This document shows positions 29,245-39,450 of a stretch of 64,000 nucleotides of DNA, one piece after another. The number at the start of each line of letters is the position of its first letter. Within the stretch, counting starts at the first letter, position 1. Origin of the DNA: Dehalococcoidia bacterium. Lineage in GTDB: Bacteria > Chloroflexota > Dehalococcoidia > SM23-28-2 > RBG-16-64-32. The DNA is taken from contig CAXXTF010000001.1 of the NCBI GenBank assembly GCA_963665775.2, forward strand, positions 256,001 to 320,000, written 5' to 3'. A program made the translations under genes and the position numbers. The notes under the pieces were generated by a model. The model searched no databases and was not told the DNA's origin. It saw only the letters and a program-made list of their open reading frames with translations.

Positions 29245-30384
29245 TCACGATTGCGGCCACAGGGCCACTGCTACCTTGCCAGCGGCTTCCTTCTGTATGT
29301 CCAGGGCCACATGGGCATAGATGTTCATGGTGGTGCTGATCTGGGCGTGTCCAAGTATCTCCATTGCCACTCTCGCCGGTACGCCCTGGGCTGCCATTAG
29401 GGAGGCGCTTGCGTGGCGCAGATCATGGTAGCGCATTCCAGGAACGGCTGCCACCTCCAACAGCTTGCGGAATCGCCGGCTGACGTGGAAGCCCGCTAGG
29501 GGACAGCCTCTTTCGTCGGTGAACACGAGGTCGCCCCAGGCGTCGCCTTCCCAGGCCGGACCGATCCTCAGGCGTTCCTCCGTCTGGCGGCTCCGGTGCT
29601 GCCTGAGAGACGCAGCCACGGGCGCGGGCAGGGCCACTGTACGGCGGGAACGCGCCGTCTTGGGTTCAAAGAACTCGTACCTACCGTTGACCCGCTGTAT
29701 TGTTCGCTGAACGGTTAGCTTGCCACCCTCCAGGTCCACGTCGCCCCACCTTAAGCCCAGGGCCTCGCTCTGCCGCAGCCCACAGGCCAGGGCCACCGTG
29801 AAAAGTCCTTCCAGGCGATCGCCCATGACAGCAGCCAGTATGCGACGGGCGTCCTCGGATGTAAGGGCCAGAACCTCACGCTCTGGCACATGAGGCGCAT
29901 CTGCCAGACTTGCCACGTTCCGGCCCACCAGGCCAAGGCGCATGGCATGGTTGAGGGCGTTGCGTAGGACTGCCCGGCTGTGAGCCACGGTGCGCGGGGA
30001 GACTCCCTTGCTGGACACGGTGCTTAGCATCGCTTCCACTTGCTGGGGGGTGAGCCGGGCTAGGCGGATACGTCCTATCTCTGGCACTATGTGGAGCCGC
30101 GTGATCTCATGATAGCGCCGGAAGGTCTTGGGCCTCACCTTGTGGACCGCGCTATCCCTCAACCACGCTTCCAAGAAAGCGCCGATTGTCTGGCGCTCGC
30201 CGGACGCGGGTAGCCCCTCGGCAATGGCCCTCTGAGCCTGGAGTAGCCTCTGGCCGGCTTCTCGGCGCGTCTTGGCAAACAGAGACTTGCGTTTACCTCC
30301 GGGGAGCGAAATCCGCGCTTCCCAGCGGCCATCCGCTCGCTTGCGTAGGTTGCCTTCCGAGTTGCCTCGCCTATTTGCCATCAC
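29245..30384 (-). CDS. Tyrosine recombinase/integrase
   Basis: GEG-like N-terminal arm domain, GLRQSEALGLRW, PKT, YHDLRH, LGHAQISTTMNIYAH; TGACCCCAA direct repeats downstream (about 29219-29239). Confidence 0.95.
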   Translation of the reverse strand: MMANRRGNSEGNLRKRADGRWEARISLPGGKRKSLFAKTRREAGQRLLQAQRAIAEGLPASGERQTIGAFLEAWLRDSAVHKVRPKTFRRYHEITRLHIVPEIGRIRLARLTPQQVEAMLSTVSSKGVSPRTVAHSRAVLRNALNHAMRLGLVGRNVASLADAPHVPEREVLALTSEDARRILAAVMGDRLEGLFTVALACGLRQSEALGLRWGDVDLEGGKLTVQRTIQRVNGRYEFFEPKTARSRRTVALPAPVAASLRQHRSRQTEERLRIGPAWEGDAWGDLVFTDERGCPLAGFHVSRRFRKLLEVAAVPGMRYHDLRHASASLMAAQGVPARVAMEILGHAQISTTMNIYAHVALDIQKEAAGKVAVALWPQS

Positions 30385-31306
30385 GGTCCTCCGCTTCGGG
30401 CTCCTTAGACGCCTGCTCGCTTAGCTTGAGGCCCTGCAGGGCTCTACTGATCCATAGATCATCCAGCCCTTGTTTGGCTGCTACCTGGGGGTCTCTTAGG
30501 GCCGCTTCTGCTTCGTCGCACTGCCCGGACAGCGCATTTTCTACGTAGGCCCAAACGTCGCTAGAGGCCTTGTCCAGGATGTTTTGAACCTGCTCCTCGG
30601 CTCTTTCAGCTGGGATACCTTTCTCCCGTGCCTTATCTAGTAATTTGGCCTTAAGGCGATCTCGGCCGGCCTCCACAGCTCTGTCGTGAACACTCTTGAC
30701 ATAGTCGCGGGCCGCAGCGTATATTTCCGGGCGTCCTCGCGTGAGGAGGTGCATCAGGTGCATTGGCGCCACGAGTATGTGCCCAGCCTGAACTGCTTCG
30801 TAGTAGGGGCGCCGCTGCTCCACTCCCCGCCAGGGAGCGAAGGCCAAGAAGGTGTCAAGGTCAGCGGTAGTCTCGCCTCGCTCGGTTCGCACCATGTAGT
30901 TGTGCGCCATCACGTAAACGGCCCACAGATCAAAATCAGGCGCGGCCAGCCTGATTCGCGTGATCCATTCCGCTTCTTTCTCTGTCACGTCACTGCGTCG
31001 CCCCTCCGACCGGATAATTAGCTCCGCCAGGACTGAGGGGACAGAGGCGGCTTCAGTGGGTGCGGCCTTGGCTAGGCTCCACGGTTGTGACCGGTCGCGG
31101 GGGAGGCCCTCGTCTATTATGCGCCGGATGTGTCTGGGGTCAGGGGCCGAGAGACCTTGATTTTCTAGCTCGATCTGAATCTCTTCCGGAGACTTCCCAA
31201 GTCGACGTTGCTCTGCGACTACACGCCGAACATCGTCCCCATACTTCCTTGGCGCACCCCGCTTCTTCGGCGTACTCTCCGGTTTCTCAGCCTGTAATTC
31301 TGTCAT
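30371..31306 (-). CDS. Hypothetical protein, possible HTH regulator of the integrative element
   Basis: 311 aa ORF overlapping the integrase start; basic N-terminus with an HTH-like segment. Confidence 0.6.
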   Translation of the reverse strand: MTELQAEKPESTPKKRGAPRKYGDDVRRVVAEQRRLGKSPEEIQIELENQGLSAPDPRHIRRIIDEGLPRDRSQPWSLAKAAPTEAASVPSVLAELIIRSEGRRSDVTEKEAEWITRIRLAAPDFDLWAVYVMAHNYMVRTERGETTADLDTFLAFAPWRGVEQRRPYYEAVQAGHILVAPMHLMHLLTRGRPEIYAAARDYVKSVHDRAVEAGRDRLKAKLLDKAREKGIPAERAEEQVQNILDKASSDVWAYVENALSGQCDEAEAALRDPQVAAKQGLDDLWISRALQGLKLSEQASKEPEAEDRDGK

Positions 31307-31417
31307 TATATCCTCCTTGACGCATTAACAAAGGATCCAATAACCTTTAGCTGTCTAAGAAATTATAGCCGGATATAGGTGGTTAGGTCAAGATCACCCA
31401 AGAACACGGAGGGAGCC

Positions 31418-31618
31418 ATGGATGACAAGCTACTAGTGAACCTGATCCAAGGTGCGAACCGGATTTCAGTGAGCAGAAGCACCCTGTACAAGCTGATCCA
31501 GTCAGGCCAAATCAGGCCGATTCGGATTGGACGATCAGTACGAATATCTGTCGAGGAGCTCGATCGCTTCGTCGAGCAGCTGCAACGGGAGCAGGCGGAA
31601 ATGGATGGTGAACGATGA
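31418..31618 (+). CDS. Excisionase-family HTH DNA-binding protein
   Basis: ISVSRSTLYKLIQSGQIRPIRIGRSVRI; RBS GGAGGGAG. Confidence 0.85.
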   Translation: MDDKLLVNLIQGANRISVSRSTLYKLIQSGQIRPIRIGRSVRISVEELDRFVEQLQREQAEMDGER

Positions 31619-32644
31619 CGGGGGCCACAAATGCCAACGGCGGGGAACAATCACAAATCACACCCCCTAGGGGTTTGGGAATGAATGAAACATTCCCCGC
31701 CGGGGTTGTGACGGTATCTGGTCTGAAGGTCATAGCTGAGAAGGAGTCCGCTCGGGGATGGACCCTGGATGGGGTGCTGCGCCGAGGGTCACTGGCCATC
31801 CTCGCCGCTCCGCCGAAGACTGGCAAGTCCACATTGGCGCTGGAATTGGCCCTGTCGGTGTTCCAGGGAGTCGACTTCCTGGAGCGGGCAACCAGCCAAG
31901 GCAGGGTGCTCTACATCCAGGCTGAGGACGCCCCCAGCGTTACCTGGGAGAGGCTAGAAAAGATGCTCGGAGAGGAGAAGCAAGATGACTAATCCGGCGG
32001 TCAACGACGATGAGGGCCCACTGTCCTACCACGGGCAGTTCGGCCTCAAGGATATTCCAGCTCTAAAGGAGTACATCAAGGAGCACGACCTCGAGCTGGT
32101 GGTCATAGACTCCCTTCGGCGCATTCACGGAAACAATGAGAACGAGAGCGATCAGATGGCGTTCGTTTTCGACCCGCTTCGTCAGCTGGCCAGGGATACA
32201 GGCTGCACCATCCTCCTTATCCATCACACGCGAAAGAGTGAAGGGAACTCCTTCACCGATCCTTTCAGGGGCTCCACGGAGATCACCGCAGCGGTGGACT
32301 GGCTCCTGCTCCTCAAAGAGCAAGGCGGCAACCTGGTCTTAGAGGGGGTGGGTAAGGATGGCCGACTCGAACCGCTCCATGTGGAGAGGATGGAGAACCT
32401 GCGACATGTTGTCCGGGGCTCAGCGCAGGTGCCGGGCAGGAAGTTGCTAACGACCGAGATCGAGGACCTGCTGGCTATGCGCGGGCCACAGACGACGAAG
32501 GAGCTCGCTGAGCTTCTGGACCGCAACGAGGGGACGACCTCCAACGCCGTCACCAAACTGAAGAATGCTGGCAGGATTGCGTCAGTGGAGAAGGTTCCGG
32601 GAAAGGGTGGAGGGAACAAATGGCAGTGGATTACGCAAACATAA
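31615..32644 (+). CDS. RecA-like AAA_25 (RepA-type) helicase split into two ORFs (31615-31992 and 31985-32644), with C-terminal HTH
   Basis: AAPPKTGKS and VLYIQAED in ORF1; VVIDSL, IHHTRK and RGSTEI in ORF2. Confidence 0.78.
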
Positions 32645-33179
32645 CATTCATTCACGCACATACCCCTAAGGGGGGTGATGTGATGAATGTTGCCACATGG
32701 CCGATATTCGTATTGGGCGGTCGCACCAAATGTATGAATGGCCCATTTGGGTTAGCGGGAATGCCCCCAACCTGCATCATCGGGTGCATTCCTTGCACGT
32801 CAGTTTACTAATGTTGGTCGGGTATAGCGTTTGTGTCGGTTGACATCGTGGACACGGTGCCGTGTCCGCCTGTCGCCGGTGACCTCACCGATCACGAATC
32901 AGCATCACTATAGGAGGTAACCATGGGACTCGGAGTAGGGTCTAAGAAGGGAATGCTCCCGCCGCTCGTCAGCTGCGATGGCTGTGGTGAGATCGTTGCA
33001 GATTGGAGCAGAGGGGTAGTCACATTTGAGCCGCAGGGTGAAGATGGGATCGGGCCGGCCAAGGTCTATCACAAGGGAAAATGTGACCCAGCGGGACTTG
33101 GAAGGCCGCGTCCAGCAGACGCCGCTCGATGGATGGAACTTGCTGACTACTTCGCCTACCTCCTCTGGAATTACGGCCT

Positions 33180-33510
33180 GGGTGAGCGCCTTGCGCTCGG
33201 GGAACGTCCCGTCCTTCAGGAAGTCCCGGAAGTCCGCAACGTACCGCGCTATCTCCTCGGTGGTGGGAGGCTCCACCCTCCGCTGCTCAAGCTGAGTGGC
33301 GGCGTCCTCCCGCGCAGCCTCCAACTGCTCCTCGCGGTGCCTCGGCGAGAAGATGCGGGGCGACAGGACCTCTAACGTCACCAAGCTCGGCGTCGATGAC
33401 ATCCAGCCGACCGGCCAGCTCTCCGGCCATAGCATCGACTTCCTCCGCCACCAGCGTCACCAGCTCCACGATGGTCTCCTCGGTGAGAATCCGTTCCCTG
33501 ATCTTCATCC
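33180..33510 (-). pseudogene. Probable large serine recombinase C-terminal fragment
   Basis: KIRERILTEETIVELVTLVAEE...EEIARYVADFRDFLKDGTFPERKAL coiled-coil tail, with an internal deletion. Confidence 0.5.
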
Positions 33511-33889
33511 TCTGGACACAATAGACACGAAAAGCTCAGGTGCTCGTGGGAGGTCGATTTGGGTCCATTCAAGATTGCTAGACAGTAGCGTGCCTGCCAG
33601 AGAGGGTGGGGCCGTAGGGAATGGCGTGGCGCACAGCCTAGGTACCGAACCCGGCTAGGCCGTCCGAAGCTGAGCTAGACGAGCCGGGATAGATGAGTCG
33701 TCTCATCACTGGCCAGTAGTATCCTCGGCCTGGCTACGGATGCGACGGCGTCTTCGCCGAGACCGAGTAGGTCCCGCACAACGCGCTGATCCATCTCAAT
33801 TATTACTCCGCCCTTTACAGCCGGCCGCTTAAACGGACATTTTCCCTGAACAGCGACACCGTGCCAGCACCATTCAATGCTGTCCTCCA

Positions 33890-34573
33890 TCAACCGCGCG
33901 TGGCAATCCAGACGACATGATGTGCGCCTCCCTTGCGGCTGCTTCCACCACGCGCCCGCACCTTGACTTCATCCACCTCGAAACCGGCACGGCGCAAACG
34001 TCTGACGAATGGCGGTTGAGAACCGGCAGACCATATCGCCAATACCCCGCCGCGCCGCAACGCCGCGTAGGTGGCGGTCAGCCCCGGCAGGCTGTAAAGC
34101 CAGTTGTTGCTCTTTCGGACCATCGCCTCCGCGCCATTGTCGACATCAAGCATGATGGCATCGTAGTCACCTCTGGCGGCCGTTATCAACTGGACAACGT
34201 CGGCTTCATGGAGTTCAGTCCGGCGGTCGTCAAGAGGTCGGCCGGCCAAATCGGCAAGCACTCCCCTGTTCCATTCAACCACGGCTGGCACCAGCTCCGC
34301 GACCACCACCCGGGCATCCTCGCCAAGGATGTCCAGCGCCGTTCTCACCGAGTAGCCCATTCCCAGACCGCCAATCAGAATGCGGGCCCTCGGCCGTTTT
34401 GCCAAGTTCTGACAGCCCAGTCTGGCCATGGCTTCTTCTGACCCATAAACCCGGCTATTCATGAGTTCCAGGTTATCCGCTTTGAGCGAGAACTCAGAGT
34501 CATGTTGGTACAAAACGAGCTCCGCTCCTCCGCCAGGGGTTTGGGCCCGGCCGATCAACTGCCAGGGTTTCAT
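33890..34573 (-). CDS. Spermidine-synthase-like SAM-dependent methyltransferase
   Basis: ELMNSR, LIGGLGMGYS, DAIMLDVDNG. Confidence 0.85.
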   Translation of the reverse strand: MKPWQLIGRAQTPGGGAELVLYQHDSEFSLKADNLELMNSRVYGSEEAMARLGCQNLAKRPRARILIGGLGMGYSVRTALDILGEDARVVVAELVPAVVEWNRGVLADLAGRPLDDRRTELHEADVVQLITAARGDYDAIMLDVDNGAEAMVRKSNNWLYSLPGLTATYAALRRGGVLAIWSAGSQPPFVRRLRRAGFEVDEVKVRARGGSSRKGGAHHVVWIATRG

Positions 34574-35108
34574 TGATACCTCACGATCATGTCTGGAGCA
34601 GCCGGGGCAATATCCTAGGCGGGGTCCGATTCCGTGAACCACTGGATCACCCGGGCGATCTCTTCAGGTCTGTTTCAGGACGATAATGCATCTCCCGCAG
34701 TCCCTCTCCCGGATGCCGGAATCGTTCCCGGGGGGTTCCCTGAAGGTTTGCTCTCTGTTCCTGGGCAGGGAGCCGCACATGGGTTTCCCTGTCTGTCCCG
34801 CTGCCGGGTAGTGTTCCGCCGCCGGCGGTCTGCTCAGGGTCATTTTGCCTCCCCCTCCGCCTCCTTTCGAGAACTGGATGACGTGAGGGATTGCCGCTAT
34901 TCAGGATCCACTCTATTCTAACCAGCCTGCTTCTCAGCACCAGCCGGACGCAGGGAGAATCCGTTGACGCTTGACCAACCCTTCCCGGCGCAACCGGTCT
35001 TCCACGGTCTCCACGTCCGCTTAGTGGGAATCTCAAACCCGGCCAGTTGGTACTCGCAGCATGGTAGGCCAGTGCCAGGCTTTCGAGATCAGACGATGTT
35101 ACCGTAGC

Positions 35109-35291
35109 TCAGCGAAGATTTCTTATTACAATTCCGATACCTCGAAGAGAGCGGGCTTCATCGACAGAGGCGGGCTCGGCCGCCAGCATCCGCAGCGCGA
35201 GGTTGATCGCCTCGCGCTTGGTAGCGAGCCGGTAACGCCGCATGACCTCGGCGCACGCCTGATCGTCAATGTCCACGTTGGTGCGTGCCAT
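35109..35291 (-). pseudogene. VapB-family antitoxin with altered C-terminus; no toxin gene seen
   Basis: MARTNVDIDD...TKREAINLALR. Confidence 0.7.
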
Positions 35292-35760
35292 GCACGTATC
35301 ATACACCCGAAGGTGAAGGCTGGCAAGCCCTCCTACGTGAGCAGACGCCACACCATAAGGATACTGACCCCAGCAGGGCGAACAACATGGCGGCCGCCAG
35401 GCCCAGACTGAGAGCCAATCGTCTCGTCCTCCCGTGCGCAGCGCGCTCCTTGCGATACGCCTCCGTCACCTCCTCGTATGCGTCTTCGCTGGCGGATGCG
35501 GCGTCCCTGGCCTCGTCCCGTTCCCGCTCCAACTCCGATGCCGTCCGCTCCAGTCCCCGCACGGTCCGCTCAAGGTCTGATCTTGGACTGGGTGAGCAGG
35601 TTCGGGTCGAACCGTCGTGAGCGCAACTGATTTGAGGCTGAGTCATAGCGACAGTTGCGGGTACCCTATAGCATACGGAACCGATAGAATCTCCGAGAGG
35701 CCAATAGCAATGCAAGATTTACGAGACTCTTCAGGAAGGTAGATCCAGTTTCCGAGAACC

Positions 35761-36000
35761 ATGCCCTCTAGGATTGATTGGACAGACGAAACGTGGAACC
35801 CCGTAACCGGTTGCACTCGCGTATCTCCGGGGTGTGACCATTGCTACATGTTCTCGCTCTATCCACGCTTGAAAGCGATGGCGGTCCCCGGTTACGAGTC
35901 GGCACCGGATGAGGTTCAGTTGCAGCCCCAAAGGTTGGGTGCACCGTTGTCGTGGCAAACGCCGCGCCGCATCTTCGTCAACAGCATGGCGGACCGATAG
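35761..36000 (+). pseudogene. Phage Gp37/Gp68 (DUF5131) N-terminal fragment
   Basis: IDWTDETWNPVTGCTRVSPGCDHCY...IFVNSM, truncated. Confidence 0.85.
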
Positions 36001-37324
36001 TTCCTGCGCAGGCTGTAACCCGAGCCGCCGCCTAGGGTGCTGACCCCTCCCCCTGGATGATGGTGGGAATGCCGCAGGTTTCCTGGGCCGCCATTATCTC
36101 GGCCACCGCCATCATCATTTCCGGCGATGGTGTGGGCGGCGCCGCGCTCGACTCCAGGTCGGCAAGGTCGGCAAAGGCCTGGTAGACGATGAACAGGTTC
36201 TCCAGGTCCGTCTGCTCGGATACGCAGCGGAGTTGGGAGGGCAAAAGAAATGCGTCTTCTTCCGGAACAGGTCCCGACATGGCTTGCGCTTCTTCGTCGG
36301 TCAGGCAGAGCAGCATGGTTATACCGAAGCGCAAGGAGTCTGTCTCGCTCATCGTCTCGCCCGGCACCCCGAGCTCTGCGAAAACGTCCTTGATGCAGGC
36401 CTGGCTATCATCGGACAGCCCGCCCGGCTGGAGCGACATCATGGCTAGGCTCAGGTCGATGGCGTTGTCCGGCTCCAGGCATTGCAGTGGGAACGTATCG
36501 AATCCCATGGCACTCTCGGACAGGGTCAGATCCTGCATAGCTTCGTAGCTCGCGTCCCCTATCGCAGCGCGCAGGCAGTCGGCTTCACCTTCGGAAAGCG
36601 ACGCGATCAGTTCGGCCCCCGTGGTGGTCTCGTCGATATCGCTCAGAGACATCATTGCGGGGGCTGCGGTGGGATCGGGGGCCGGCGCTGCGGTGGGATC
36701 GGGGGTCGGCGCTGCGGTGGGATCGGGGGCCGGCGCTGCGGTGGGATCGGGGGCCGGCGCTGCGGTGGGATCGGGGGTCGGCGCTGCGGTGGGATCGGGG
36801 GCCGGCGCTGCGGTGGGATCGGGGGTCGGCGCTGCGGACTCGCCGCACGCCGCGAAAACCAAAGCCCCCGCCACCAGCGCTACCAGCAGTACGGCAAGGG
36901 TTTTTGGCACACAAGTATATAATTCCCTAATTTTACTCCCGCCCCTAGCACGCATAAAAGTAATTTGAAACCCGATCTCAGTCAATTCCCATTATCTAGC
37001 GCTTAGAGCGCGCCTGTCAATTCGACCGCTTTCCGTGAGCTTCCAGCTGATAATCCGGCCATCTTTAATGTCGATGGCTAGATTGCCAGTACCGCCAGTC
37101 CCTAGTAGGGCGGCGAGTCTCTGTCGTATCTCGGCGGGAAGCGCGTCCTGCATCACTCCTCCGTTACCGGTGCAAGCATCGCTGGATCGCCCCCTAACAG
37201 CTGCCAAGCCTGCTCGCGGGACACGCCGGCGTCGATCAACTCCGCCCCACATCCAGGTCGCCGCCCCGCGTCCAGCCGAGCATCGTGTAGGCGGCGCCCC
37301 AGAAGGCCCGCAGCGCTGCCGGCT
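35773..37324. repeat. Copy 1 of a ~1.55 kb inverted duplication
   Basis: Near-identical to the reverse complement of 60792-62358. Confidence 0.92.
36032..36985 (-). CDS. Acidic Cys-rich lipoprotein with a P(A/T)PDPTAA repeat linker
   Basis: Lipobox VFAACG; about 7 copies of a 24-bp repeat at ~36663-36837; the true start is probably the GTG near 36910. Confidence 0.8.
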   Translation of the reverse strand: MTEIGFQITFMRARGGSKIRELYTCVPKTLAVLLVALVAGALVFAACGESAAPTPDPTAAPAPDPTAAPTPDPTAAPAPDPTAAPAPDPTAAPTPDPTAAPAPDPTAAPAMMSLSDIDETTTGAELIASLSEGEADCLRAAIGDASYEAMQDLTLSESAMGFDTFPLQCLEPDNAIDLSLAMMSLQPGGLSDDSQACIKDVFAELGVPGETMSETDSLRFGITMLLCLTDEEAQAMSGPVPEEDAFLLPSQLRCVSEQTDLENLFIVYQAFADLADLESSAAPPTPSPEMMMAVAEIMAAQETCGIPTIIQGEGSAP

Positions 37325-37326
37325 TT

Positions 37327-37899
37327 GTGCCCCCTGGAATGTTTGGGCACAACGAGGCGTTGGTACCCTCAGCCTTCGACTTGGAGACCGCCAAACAACT
37401 GCTGCAGGAGTCCCGCTATGGCGGGGCGGAGAACCTGCCGCCCATCACGTCCTACGCTGATGACGACGCCATCCATTGGGCATGGCGGGACCACTTAGGA
37501 CTGGAAGTCGAGGCGGTTTCGGTATTCGAGTTCTCCGATTTCCTAGAGCGTTTGGACAACGAGGAGTATGGCGTTTTCACCGCTGGTTGGTGCGCCGACT
37601 ACCCCGACCCCCAAAACTTCCTGCATGTGCTCTTCCACAGTGAGAGCGCGGAGAACCGGTTCGGCTACGAGAACGAGGAGGTGGACGCACTGTTGGAGGA
37701 AGCGGCCGTGGAGCCGGACCCGGACCGTCGCGCCAGCCTCTACAATCAAGCTGAGCAGATGGTCTTGGACGACTGGGTTGCCGTGCCCCTGCGTCACAAC
37801 AATGATTACTTATTAGTGCGCCCCTACGTAAAGGGGTTTGAGCTCACCCCCATAGGCGTGTCGCAGCTGCAGAACATCTCCATAGAGCGTGGCCAATGA
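37327..37899 (+). pseudogene. OppA-family binding protein, C-terminal fragment
   Basis: PPGM, GWCADYPDPQNFL, LVRPYVKG; the 5' end is cut at the inverted-repeat boundary. Confidence 0.85.
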
Positions 37900-39215
37900 A
37901 GCGTACGCTGGTGGCCGCGCTCCTGACTCTCACCGTGGCATTGGCGCTGACGGCTTGCGGTGAACCATCGCCAAAGCCCACGACGACGCCTGCGGTGGAG
38001 ATCGCTCCCGTTCCCACGCCAATCGCGGAGGTCACACCAACGCCTTCTCCGACGCCTACGCCGGTGAGCACGCCTGCTCCGGTGATCACATCCACGCCGG
38101 AGCAGGCGACCCCAGTGGTCACAGAAACGCCTGCTCCAGTGACCACACCCACGCCAGAGCCGACGCCGGAGGTTACACCCGCGCCGCCACCTCCCGAGGC
38201 TGATTTCGAGGTGAGTGTCAGCGAGGCGGCGTTGCAGTTGCCGGATTCCATCTCCTTCCATCTGGAGGGCAGCGGAGAACGCCCCATTGAAGTGATTGAT
38301 GTTGAGTTTGGCACCAAGCACGTCTTCTCATGCGCATCAAGCTCCTACTGGACCGCGCGGACGGACTTCGAGGCTGACGAGGAGGTCTCGGTCACTTGGG
38401 ACTGGGACATGAGACGGAGTGGCTCCATGCCACCGGGGGCGCTCATCTGGTGGCGATGGAGGGTGGTGGACGACCTGGGTCAGGAGTTCCGCACATCCCG
38501 TGAAGAGACGGTGTTTACTGATGACCGCTTCGAGTGGCAGTCCCACACTGACAGCCACATCATCTACTACTGGTACGCTGGAGGGGCCGACTTCGGGCAG
38601 CGCCTTGCGGATGGCACTCGTGGCGGTCTGGAGACGCTACAGTTGGGCCGGGAGCATGTGGCGCCCATCAAGGCGTTTGTCTATGAGAGTGCAGGGGACG
38701 TGCAGGGCGCCATACTATTCGCACAAGCATGGACTGGAGGCGTGGCCTTTGTGGGCCACAATATCCTGTTGATAGCTGTCAACCCGGATGAGTTCGAGGA
38801 GCAACTGCAGGGAGTCATCCACGAGTTGGCCCACCTTCTGGTTGAGGAAGTCACATTCAACTGTTTCGGTGGACTTCCGACTTGGCTTGACGAGGGTCTC
38901 GCCGTCTACGCCGAGGGGAGGCTGCCTGATTTTCAGCAGCGTGCGCTTGATGAGGCCATCGCCAACGATTCTCTGATCAGCCTGCGCAGCTTGAGCAGCA
39001 GCTTCCCGGCTGCCGACACGGGGGCAACCCTCTCCTACGCCCTTAGCTACAGCCTCGTCGACTACCTGATCGAAGCCCACGGATGGCCCAAGATGCAAGA
39101 GCTTCTAGCCGTGTTCGCCGGAGGCTCAACGGACGAGAACGCCATCCGGCAGGTCTATGGCTGGGACTACGCGCAGTTTGAAGCGGCTTGGCGCGAGTCG
39201 TTGGGCCTCGAGTAA
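37896..39215 (+). CDS. Peptidase MA-clan (gluzincin-like) lipoprotein
   Basis: Lipobox LTAC, Pro/Thr linker, IHELAH...PTWLDEGLA. Confidence 0.88.
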   Translation: MKRTLVAALLTLTVALALTACGEPSPKPTTTPAVEIAPVPTPIAEVTPTPSPTPTPVSTPAPVITSTPEQATPVVTETPAPVTTPTPEPTPEVTPAPPPPEADFEVSVSEAALQLPDSISFHLEGSGERPIEVIDVEFGTKHVFSCASSSYWTARTDFEADEEVSVTWDWDMRRSGSMPPGALIWWRWRVVDDLGQEFRTSREETVFTDDRFEWQSHTDSHIIYYWYAGGADFGQRLADGTRGGLETLQLGREHVAPIKAFVYESAGDVQGAILFAQAWTGGVAFVGHNILLIAVNPDEFEEQLQGVIHELAHLLVEEVTFNCFGGLPTWLDEGLAVYAEGRLPDFQQRALDEAIANDSLISLRSLSSSFPAADTGATLSYALSYSLVDYLIEAHGWPKMQELLAVFAGGSTDENAIRQVYGWDYAQFEAAWRESLGLE

Positions 39216-39350
39216 GTACACGTATCGGATAGTCCTTGATTAGTACCGGCTCCTCCTGAGATTTAGCCCAGCGACCTCTGTCTTTGACGGCCCAATTCGC
39301 GACGTTACAATTGCCCAAGGCACCGCTACGATCGAGAAGGAGATATTGTA

Positions 39351-39450
39351 ATGCCGTTTTATGCCAAGGGTAATGTCCGAATCCGCTACGAGGAAGTTGG
39401 GGCCGGTTTCCTGCTTCTGGTAAATCCCGGCGGCGGGTTGAACTCTAGAG
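39351..39450 (+). pseudogene. Alpha/beta hydrolase N-terminal stub cut by an IS end
   Basis: MPFYAKGNVRIRYEEVGAGFLLLVNPGGGLNS with RBS AAGGAG. Confidence 0.55.

Noticed and set aside
35104-35114. GTAGCTCAGCG matching the tRNA-Thr 5' region as a second att site
   Set aside because: Only 11 bp and inverted relative to the tRNA; chance is plausible.
36663-36837. 24-bp tandem repeats (also ~61327-61470) as a CRISPR array
   Set aside because: No unique spacers; the repeats are in-frame coding repeats (PAPDPTAA) and no cas genes are present.
37976-38195. Pro/Thr-rich repeats as a separate repeat element
   Set aside because: An ordinary low-complexity lipoprotein linker within the peptidase gene.
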